The notes beneath the pieces were generated by a model that had not been told where the DNA came from, did no database searches, and saw only the letters and a program-made list of their open reading frames with translations. The position numbers and the translations under genes were made by a program. From Acidimicrobiales bacterium (GTDB taxonomy: Bacteria; Actinomycetota; Acidimicrobiia; Acidimicrobiales; Bog-793), in contig JBKQLZ010000006.1 in NCBI GenBank assembly GCA_052146895.1, forward strand, positions 8,507 through 72,506: DNA of 64,000 nt, written 5' to 3'. Shown here in pieces: positions 54,256-61,834 of the stretch (position 1 is its first letter; each line of letters begins with the position of its first letter).

Positions 54256-54827
54256 CACCTCCGAACGAAGTGATCCTCGACTCTCTACAAAGACGCCTAC
54301 GTGCGATGCACTCGCTCTGGTACGAGGCAGTCGACACAATGGACGCCGAGCAGGTCAACCATGTGGAGCGTGAGCCGGTCCTCCCGATCGCGTTCTCGCT
54401 GTTCCACCTCGCGCAGATCGAGGACGGCTCGGTCACGATGCTCGGCGGGCCGCCCCTCGTCTACGACCAAGCCTGGGCGGATCGGATGGGCCTCGCCATC
54501 GCCGATCACGGCAAGCACCGCACCGTCGAGGAGATGGTGGGCCAGCGGATCGGCAACTACGAAGGCTTCCGCGAGTACCAGCGGCTCGTCTTCGACAAGA
54601 CGGAGGCCTGGTTGAGCTCGGTCGACCCCGAGTCGCTGACCGACGTCGTTGTCGCTCGCCCCTTCCCGCCGCAGATCGCGTCCACGTTCAGCGCGCGGGT
54701 TGCGGGGGACGAAGGGATCACCCGCCTCGATGGAATCGAATGCTGGATCTATCAGCACGGCCTGCGCCACATGGGAGAGATCGAGCATGCCCGAGCGCTC
54801 GTCGGATTGCAGGGCATGACGTCCTGA
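54252..54827 (+). CDS. DinB-family (DinB_2/YfiT-like) protein
   Basis: Four-helix-bundle pattern with His residues (LWYEAV...NHVE...FHLAQIEDG...YQHGLRHMGEIEH). GTG 54252 overlaps the upstream stop (GTGA). Confidence 0.7.
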   Translation: MTPPNEVILDSLQRRLRAMHSLWYEAVDTMDAEQVNHVEREPVLPIAFSLFHLAQIEDGSVTMLGGPPLVYDQAWADRMGLAIADHGKHRTVEEMVGQRIGNYEGFREYQRLVFDKTEAWLSSVDPESLTDVVVARPFPPQIASTFSARVAGDEGITRLDGIECWIYQHGLRHMGEIEHARALVGLQGMTS

Positions 54828-54870
54828 GGATTGACCCATTGGCGCCTGGTAGATAGGTACGGTTTAGGTC

Positions 54871-55278
54871 ATGGCGAACAGGCGCAGGCGAAGCACGTCG
54901 GGCCGCCCGGCGGTGATCGCGCTCCTCGTCTGTATCGGCTTGGTTATCGGGCTCGCTGCGGCATTTGCAGCCAACAAGTCCCAATCGAGCGCTCCGCCAT
55001 CTCCCGTCACCGCGAAAGCGGTCGTCGTGGCAACCCTCAAGCCGGACGTATCGAGCGCGGAGGCGACCGCGATGTCCAACCATTACCTGACTTTTGCGGG
55101 CGTCGCCGCTGTGCAGGCAGTGGGCACTTCCTCCGAGGAGTTCTTCATGGCCCAAACTGCGACGACCTTGCAGATCGATGCCGTCGAGTCCGCTCTGCAA
55201 TTCGATCCGTCGGTCGCTCACGTGAGCCTCGAAGGCCCGAGGACATGCGAGAAGACCTGCCTCCGAAGTAGCCGATGA
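54871..55278 (+). CDS. Membrane-anchored hypothetical protein (FtsX-extracellular-domain-like alpha/beta module)
   Basis: Arg-rich N-terminus, one TM (VIALLVCIGLVIGLAAAFAA), then VVVATLKPDVSSAEATAMSNHYLTFAGVAAVQAV. Confidence 0.45.
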   Translation: MANRRRRSTSGRPAVIALLVCIGLVIGLAAAFAANKSQSSAPPSPVTAKAVVVATLKPDVSSAEATAMSNHYLTFAGVAAVQAVGTSSEEFFMAQTATTLQIDAVESALQFDPSVAHVSLEGPRTCEKTCLRSSR

Positions 55279-55751
55279 CGACCGAGAGGATCCGGTCTCG
55301 GCCACTCCAGGTACTCGCGGCTATCTGGATCGCCCTGTCCCTCATCCCGATAGGGATCTGTGTCAACGCCATGATCGGCGCGACGGCGGCGGTGACGCTC
55401 GTAGCGCTCTCAGTGCTGGCTGTGAACGTCATCATCGGGATCGTTCTCGTCCGGCTCGCCCGCACTGGAATCGATCTCGACTCGAGAGGCGTCGTCGTGA
55501 GGAACCTGATGCAGACCGAGCGCGTGCGCTGGGCGGAGATCTCGGGCGTCGGGCGCGACAGGGTCGAGGGCTTGCCAGAGGCGGCTCGTTCCGACCAGCC
55601 CGTCCGGATCCACCGGTATGCCGGGTCGGACGTCGTCGTGGGTGGTCTCCTCGTCACGAAGTCGGAGAAGAGCCGACGCGCCATCGAGGCGCTCGTGGTC
55701 TACCTGAACCAGCGACTCGAAGCGTCTCGCTCCGCCCTCGGGCCGACGTGA
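55275..55751 (+). CDS. Membrane protein with bacterial PH-like domain
   Basis: Two TM segments followed by GIDLDSRGVVVRNLMQTERVRWAEISGV. ATGA overlap with the upstream gene. Confidence 0.5.
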   Translation: MTTERIRSRPLQVLAAIWIALSLIPIGICVNAMIGATAAVTLVALSVLAVNVIIGIVLVRLARTGIDLDSRGVVVRNLMQTERVRWAEISGVGRDRVEGLPEAARSDQPVRIHRYAGSDVVVGGLLVTKSEKSRRAIEALVVYLNQRLEASRSALGPT

Positions 55752-55755
55752 GCCA

Positions 55756-56577
55756 TTAGGTGATCGCAGCCTCGTCGGGGCACGCCGTCGTCGACGAAGC
55801 GCTCGTGGTAGTCGTCGTCGTATCCGCGTTCGGCAGATAGATGGTGGTGCGCCAGGTGGAGATCTGGTTGCCCGAGTACCCGGCCGTGCGGGGCCCCGTC
55901 TGGAACCCGACAGAGATGTTGACGCTGTCGATGTCGAACAAGGCGCAGGCAGGCACCGTGCCGTTGTCACTACCGCTGGCTCCGAGTTGGTTCCCGAGCG
56001 AGTCGAAGTACTCGAACGAGTAGGTGTTCGTACTCGTCACGTTTGTTGGAGCGATCGAGTCTGTCGCCTCGATCGTGGAAGATTTACCGGACGGATTGGT
56101 CACGACGACGGCGAACACCCACGGATTGTGCCCCGTTGGAGGCGTGCCGCAAGAGGGGACTTTGCTGACGAGCGAGCCGAAGCAGGCCGTGAGCGTATCT
56201 GTCTCCGCTGCACCGTACGTGCCGGGGTAGGTGGTGCCGGCAATGGTTCCCGTGTTGTCGTCGATGCCCGAGTACGTGGTCATCGTGAAAGACGTTGCGC
56301 CTGCTGCCGTCAGACCTACGGCCGCGTGGAGGAAGGGCGTCACGGCTTCGGACGCGATCTGTTCCTGCTGAAGCGAGTACTCCGTCCCGAGCACCGAGGA
56401 CGACGACTTCTCGAGCAGGACAACCGCAGCTGCGCTGAGAGCCATGATGATCGAGATCACGAGGAGCGTGACGAGCATCTCAGTCAGCGAGAAGCCGCTG
56501 TCGTCGCCTACTGCGCGCTTGCGGGTGGCTGCCAGCGCGATCCGAAACGGAGCTCGGACGGTGCCTTGACGATGCAT
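55756..56577 (-). CDS. Type IV pilin-like protein (prepilin N-terminal cleavage/methylation domain), 273 aa
   Basis: Class III signal: basic leader, G|FSLTEMLVTLLVISIIMAL with Glu at +5. Ser/Thr/Gly-rich extracellular part. RBS gaggcgggag before ATG 56577. Confidence 0.75.
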   Translation of the reverse strand: MHRQGTVRAPFRIALAATRKRAVGDDSGFSLTEMLVTLLVISIIMALSAAAVVLLEKSSSSVLGTEYSLQQEQIASEAVTPFLHAAVGLTAAGATSFTMTTYSGIDDNTGTIAGTTYPGTYGAAETDTLTACFGSLVSKVPSCGTPPTGHNPWVFAVVVTNPSGKSSTIEATDSIAPTNVTSTNTYSFEYFDSLGNQLGASGSDNGTVPACALFDIDSVNISVGFQTGPRTAGYSGNQISTWRTTIYLPNADTTTTTTSASSTTACPDEAAIT

Positions 56578-56588
56578 GCTCCCGCCTC

Positions 56589-59066
56589 TCAGCTTGCGTT
56601 CGAGCACTTAGGTGTCGTGCTCGCCGACAGGTTTACGCCACCGCAGTTGACCCAGCCTGCTGGGAACCAGTTGTCTGCGGACGCCGTGACGGCATCTGGT
56701 GGTGCCAGATAAGCGAGGCGAGTGTCATAAGTGAACTGTTTTGTATATCCAGTGACACCACTGTTGGCGAAAGGCCCTCGATACTCGGCTACGTCGGAAC
56801 CGTTGAGGTACATACCACCCAACTGAGCCCCCACGTTGTAATTCTGGATCCCGAACGAGCCGTTGAGCGCAATTAACAGTGCGTCTACGACAGCCCCTGT
56901 ACCAACCGTTCCGGTGTCACACGTCGGCGTAACATCGGCCATGGTGTCGGTTGCGGTCGTGCCGTTGTTCGCACACTGGGAGTCGTTCGTACAGGTCTCG
57001 CTCGTGCCGGAGCCTGAACAGGTGCCAGCCTGCACGGGGTGCGAGAACAGAATGTCGCCGTTGGCGTACAGCCCGAGCAGGTCGGGCGTGGTCTCGCTCG
57101 CGCATGCTGCAGGCAGCCCGTTGAGCGGGCTCTGAAGCGTCCCGCCGGTGTCAGCGCAGCTGTATGTCAGGTCCCGGGTGATGTAGATGTTGTTGTCCGC
57201 ACCGATTGTCAGCTCGCCGTTGAGCTCTCCCTCCACGAACAGTGTCCCGCCAGTGCAATCCGAACTGTCCGGCAGCGCTGTGGGCTGCTCCGGGTTCAAG
57301 AAGCATGTCGTGCCTGCTCCGGTATTGCCGTCGGTCGGGGAGACAGACGAGGCGGAGTTGAGCGTGTCCAGTGTCGTCGGGCTCCAGTAGTTCGGGTCGG
57401 TAGTGCTCGATGGGACATTCTGCACGTAGACGACTCCGTCGGTGGGCATGGGAATGTCCGTGATCAACGGGTTCGTCGGTGAGAACGTACCGTTGCCGCC
57501 ACAGTGGGTCCCCGCGCCGGAGTAGTCGGTCTTCTTGGAGAGGGGGCTCCAGACGTCCATGTATTCGGCGCCTGCCTTATACACGAGCTCGATCATCGTC
57601 GGTCCGGTGTAGAGGCACCCGAACGTGGGGGTCGTGGCGCTGTTCACACCGTCAGCCCAGCCCTCCAACGCGTCATCGAACTGTGGAAGTACTTCGTTCT
57701 GGTCGAGCTGCACAGGGCCGTGCGCGAGCGCGGGTACTCCCGCGCCCGAGCCGGTGCAGTTGATCTGGTCGATCGTGAACCCCGCGGGCACCCACTCTCC
57801 CGCCTCGGCTCCGGTTCCCTTCTCGCTTCCAGGCCACTCGTACTTGAAAGCGATGTCGTTGGGCGTCGAAGTCAGGAGCGAGTACGGCGACCCGTTGAAC
57901 GCCGGGTCTCCGCCCGCGTCGCACATGTGGAGCTCGTCCTTGCTGAAAACGGGCCCGGAAAAGCTCTCGCCACCGATGAAGTCGTAAGGGGTGGCGCACG
58001 GAGAGGCGGGAATCGTCAAGGTCTCGCTCTCACCCGTTGCGGGTGTGAAGGTGTACGTCAAGGCAGCTTGCGTGAAGCCCGCGGACTCGGTCGACGGGTT
58101 GCCGGTTCCCCCGGAGAGCTTGTTGGCGGCTGGAGGAATCCCGTAATACGGGCCGTAGTACGGGTACTGGTACGAGAAGTCCGTCTGCCCGGCGATGGCG
58201 GCCGATGGCGACTGACTGCCGAGAGAGTCGATGAAGTTGTTCTCCTGATAGCCCTCGTAGCCGCACAGCGCCGTATTGAGATAGACGTTGTCCACCGTCA
58301 CCGGCACATCCGCGTCGCTCGTGTAGGTGTAGTTGATGAGCACTTGCGATTCTGGAGACGAGCTCGTCGTAGTGACGCCGTTGTCGGTGAGCGACTCGCT
58401 CACGTTGGGATCGGCGATCGCTGTCGAGCTAGAGGTGGTGGCGGGGTAGCTCGGATCGAGCACCTCGGTGTCGGAGTAATACGCGTTCTGCAGGTAGGTC
58501 GAGTACTTCTTGAAGGCGATCACTGCCGATTCGAAAATGTAGTGTTTCGCGATCCCGGCGCGCCCGGTGATCGTCGCCAGCACCTCGTTCGGGAACGTGT
58601 CGGCAGCCGCGGTGCTCCCGAGGAAGCTTGAGTTCGCCTGAACGTGGAATGCCTCGCACGGGGTGGTGCATTGCTGCCCGGCCGAACCTTGGACACAGAT
58701 CTGCTCCCACCCGTTACCCGCCGCATCGGCACAGAGTCCCCCGGAGATCGTGTTGGTGCCCATGGAGGGGTTGGCGGGGTCGACCGGGTCGGTCGTGCCG
58801 TACGTGTAGTAGGTGGGGTCGTGGTTCAGGTCGTTGCGGTAGTTCTGGACGCCCGCCTCGAGAGCCGCGTATGCCGCGTGCTCGGAACTGGCGACGCTCA
58901 CGAAGGGCAGCTCCTGAGTGACCGATGCGACTAGGCCGGCACCAAGGGAAGCGAGCAAGAACACGACAACCAGTACGAGCAGGAGAGCCTGGCCTCCCTC
59001 GCCCCGGTCACGGATGACCGCGTGCCGAACTCGCTTAAAGGCCTTAACTGTGATCAAGCGACTCAT
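56589..59066 (-). CDS. Very large (about 825 aa) pilus-associated protein with PilX-N/TadG-like hydrophobic N-terminus lacking Glu+5
   Basis: RDRGEGGQALLLVLVVVFLLASLGAGL N-terminus, then an 800-aa T/S/G/N/Y-rich, Cys-containing extracellular region. Sits between two prepilin genes. RBS gagggag before ATG 59066. Confidence 0.65.
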   Translation of the reverse strand: MSRLITVKAFKRVRHAVIRDRGEGGQALLLVLVVVFLLASLGAGLVASVTQELPFVSVASSEHAAYAALEAGVQNYRNDLNHDPTYYTYGTTDPVDPANPSMGTNTISGGLCADAAGNGWEQICVQGSAGQQCTTPCEAFHVQANSSFLGSTAAADTFPNEVLATITGRAGIAKHYIFESAVIAFKKYSTYLQNAYYSDTEVLDPSYPATTSSSTAIADPNVSESLTDNGVTTTSSSPESQVLINYTYTSDADVPVTVDNVYLNTALCGYEGYQENNFIDSLGSQSPSAAIAGQTDFSYQYPYYGPYYGIPPAANKLSGGTGNPSTESAGFTQAALTYTFTPATGESETLTIPASPCATPYDFIGGESFSGPVFSKDELHMCDAGGDPAFNGSPYSLLTSTPNDIAFKYEWPGSEKGTGAEAGEWVPAGFTIDQINCTGSGAGVPALAHGPVQLDQNEVLPQFDDALEGWADGVNSATTPTFGCLYTGPTMIELVYKAGAEYMDVWSPLSKKTDYSGAGTHCGGNGTFSPTNPLITDIPMPTDGVVYVQNVPSSTTDPNYWSPTTLDTLNSASSVSPTDGNTGAGTTCFLNPEQPTALPDSSDCTGGTLFVEGELNGELTIGADNNIYITRDLTYSCADTGGTLQSPLNGLPAACASETTPDLLGLYANGDILFSHPVQAGTCSGSGTSETCTNDSQCANNGTTATDTMADVTPTCDTGTVGTGAVVDALLIALNGSFGIQNYNVGAQLGGMYLNGSDVAEYRGPFANSGVTGYTKQFTYDTRLAYLAPPDAVTASADNWFPAGWVNCGGVNLSASTTPKCSNAS

Positions 59067-59091
59067 CTTCTGCTCCCTCGGGCAGGTCCCA

Positions 59092-60717
59092 CTAGGTAAC
59101 CGTGACACTGGCGGCTCCGGTGGTCCACGTCCCTACGCTCGAGGCGCAGTTGGTGATCGGAGCATCGGACTGGGGTATCTCCGAACTCGAGTAACAGACT
59201 CCGAATGGCGTGACCCATATGTACTGGGCCGCACCGCTGAGGGTCGCGGTGCCGACCGGAGACAGTGCGTACTCACCGAGAGGCAGGCCGACGTTGAAGG
59301 CCACTGGCGACGCCGACTTCGTACACCCGGTCGGATCGGTATAGGCGGCAGACGAGCCGTCCACCTCTGTGAACGTGAGGCCACTCATCACATGAGTGAT
59401 GGCAGAACAGGTGACGGTGATCTGGGCGTAGTACAGCTGAATCGTCAACGTTGGCTCGGTCGTGTTGGCAGATGATTGCGTCGACAGCGGGATCGGCGGC
59501 GTTACCGACGTTGGTTGCGTGAATGAGCCGGTGTAGTAGTACGCCACCGGAGTGGTAGCGGACGAGAGCGCCAGAGGGTTGGATTCGTTCTCGTCGCCGG
59601 CATACACCGGTGAGTAACCGTCCGAATAGGGATAGAGATAGAGATCCCCTCCGGCGGACGTCGAGTACGTTGCCGCCGCGTCGCCGAGCGGGCACGTGGC
59701 ATTCACGGAGTTGCACTGGAGATGTTCGTTCTCAACGCCGACGCGCACGTACGGTGGTTCCCAAACCGGTGATTTTGCGGCGCCCGGGCTCGCTCCACCG
59801 CTCGGGTATCGATACGTGGCGAACGAGACCGGAACGGTCGCGGCATCTGCGAGATAGAAGGGGTTGACAACGGTGACGCTGCCGGCGGTGACTGTGATTC
59901 CTGTCTGGGTCGGGAGGCCCGGTGCGCCTGCCTCGCCGCCGTTCTCGTCGAAGTCGACAATGGCAGGGCTGGTGCTCGTGCACTGACCGGCCACGGCACC
60001 GGGGGAGGAGCAGTAGGCCACGGTGACTTGGTAACTCCAGCCGGCGGCGGCGTCGAGATTCTGAAACACAGCGCAACCAAGAGCATTGGTGTCCTCGAGC
60101 TCCGAGATCGTCTCCCCGGTTGGGACGGAGGGCTGAGCTGAAGTCTCGGTCCAAGTGCCGGTTGCCTGGAACCAGACGTTGTCAACAGTGTCGAGGGTCG
60201 TGTTCAGGTTGTCGACGGGGACCGCGATCTCACCACCGTTCAGCGTCAGGTTCCCAGAACCTTGTGCCGCCGGCGCGAGCTCGGTCGTGAGCGACACCGG
60301 GCCGCCCGAGACAGCGGTGTTCTGCCCCGCTCCGCCGCCCTCGCCGTGCCAGTAAACCTTGGCCGTCACAAAGTAGATCTCTTGGCTCTCGCCAGAACCA
60401 GCAGGCTCCAAGCAAGGCGACACGCCTGTCACGGAGTTGTTGATGGTCACGGTGAGTGCTGACGTGAAGACTGTCTGCCCAATCGTGACGCGGCCGTTCA
60501 CGGTAGCGCTCGTGTTGGGGTTGAACGACTGGTTCTGTGCCAGCAACTCCTCGTTCTCGAGCACCTGAGTCGCGACGTCGTCGGCTTCAGTCTGGAGGTG
60601 GCTGTAGCTCGCGGTCCGGTTGGTGTTGATGAGAATGAGCGCGGTCGGCAGCGAGGTGATGGTGAGAAGAACGACGGCCACAATGACCTCGACGAGGCTG
60701 AAGCCGACGTCCGACAT
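59092..60717 (-). CDS. Type IV pilin-like protein, unusually large (541 aa)
   Basis: Short leader MSDVG|FSLVEVIVAVVLLTITSL with Glu+5. Long Cys-containing extracellular region. Confidence 0.75.
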   Translation of the reverse strand: MSDVGFSLVEVIVAVVLLTITSLPTALILINTNRTASYSHLQTEADDVATQVLENEELLAQNQSFNPNTSATVNGRVTIGQTVFTSALTVTINNSVTGVSPCLEPAGSGESQEIYFVTAKVYWHGEGGGAGQNTAVSGGPVSLTTELAPAAQGSGNLTLNGGEIAVPVDNLNTTLDTVDNVWFQATGTWTETSAQPSVPTGETISELEDTNALGCAVFQNLDAAAGWSYQVTVAYCSSPGAVAGQCTSTSPAIVDFDENGGEAGAPGLPTQTGITVTAGSVTVVNPFYLADAATVPVSFATYRYPSGGASPGAAKSPVWEPPYVRVGVENEHLQCNSVNATCPLGDAAATYSTSAGGDLYLYPYSDGYSPVYAGDENESNPLALSSATTPVAYYYTGSFTQPTSVTPPIPLSTQSSANTTEPTLTIQLYYAQITVTCSAITHVMSGLTFTEVDGSSAAYTDPTGCTKSASPVAFNVGLPLGEYALSPVGTATLSGAAQYIWVTPFGVCYSSSEIPQSDAPITNCASSVGTWTTGAASVTVT

Positions 60718-60941
60718 CTCCCGCACTCGTAGGCGTCGCAAAGTCACCTCAGCTATACGGTGCAGCACAAGAAACGGTCGTTGCACAGTCACTCATAGTA
60801 GTACTACGAACACGGCACGCGCGAGTCAGCGTAATCCGATAACACGAGACTACATAAGAACACACCAGACGCCCTCGCCTCAACACCTCGGCTACGACGC
60901 GAGCTTAGGGCCCTCGGGCGCGAGGTGATAGGACAGGCGAC

Positions 60942-61742
60942 TTGAGGACTCCGGTCGTCCACGAGTTCGTAATCGTCATGAGTGCGCTGTTCGGTCTCGT
61001 CATCGGATCGTTCCTCTCCGTGGTCACCTCGCGAGTGCCGCGCGGCGAGTCGATCGTCCACCCCAATTCCCATTGCCCGAAGTGCGGGAGCGAGATCCAG
61101 CCTTACGACAACATCCCTCTGTTGTCTTACGCCGTCCTCGGTGGGCGGTGCCGCTCATGTTCGGTCCACATCCCGTGGCGCTACCCGCTGCTCGAGGCGA
61201 CCACGGGCGCCTGCTTCGCGATGATCGCCTGGCGAGTCGGTTCAGCTTGGACCATCCCGCCCTTTTGCGTACTGGCAGCCGGCCTGATCGCGGTGTCGGT
61301 CATCGACATCGACCACATGAGGGTGCCGTCGGCTGTGCTCTTCGTCACCGGCGGAATCGCCGCACCCCTTCTTCTCGTCGCGTCGGTGGAGACTCGAACG
61401 ATCGGACACCTTCTATATGGGTTGCTGGCCGGTGTCGCGGCGTTCGCGCTGATGTTCGGCATCCGCGAGGCCTACCGGTCGGGACTCGGTTACGGCGACG
61501 TGAAGCTCGTCGCGCTCGATTCCTTCTTTCTCGGTTCGCTCGACACGCGGGGCGCAGGTCTTGCGATCGCGGGCGTCGCTCTGTTGCTAGGCGTCATCCT
61601 TGCCGGGGCCTTCTCGCTCGTGCTCGTCTCGAAGGGCACCGCGAGCGGAAAGACGAGACTCCCTTTCGCGCCGTTCCTTTCGGCGGGCGCCCTCACAGCA
61701 GTGTGCTTCGGGCCTGCAATAGTCAGGGTCTGGATCGGATGA
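60942..61742 (+). CDS. pilD: Prepilin peptidase (A24 family, PilD-like)
   Basis: N-terminal Zn-ribbon CPKCGSEI...CRSC, catalytic Asp motifs VIDIDHMRVP and GLGYGDVKL, 6-8 TM segments. Start may be ATG 60978. Confidence 0.9.
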   Translation: MRTPVVHEFVIVMSALFGLVIGSFLSVVTSRVPRGESIVHPNSHCPKCGSEIQPYDNIPLLSYAVLGGRCRSCSVHIPWRYPLLEATTGACFAMIAWRVGSAWTIPPFCVLAAGLIAVSVIDIDHMRVPSAVLFVTGGIAAPLLLVASVETRTIGHLLYGLLAGVAAFALMFGIREAYRSGLGYGDVKLVALDSFFLGSLDTRGAGLAIAGVALLLGVILAGAFSLVLVSKGTASGKTRLPFAPFLSAGALTAVCFGPAIVRVWIG

Positions 61743-61834
61743 GCGCCGCCCGATGGCGGACTCCGACGCTGTCATATGTACTGCTACCGTCAGCTCATGA
61801 CCCAGGCTGAGCGCACAGCCTTCCGACGCGCCCG

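Noticed and set aside
57504-58631. 375-aa ORF on the plus strand, plus other plus-strand ORFs across 55.8-60.8 kb
   Set aside because: They are antisense to the pilin-like operon. The minus-strand frames have class III signal peptides and RBSs, while the plus-strand translations are Arg/Gly/Val filler.
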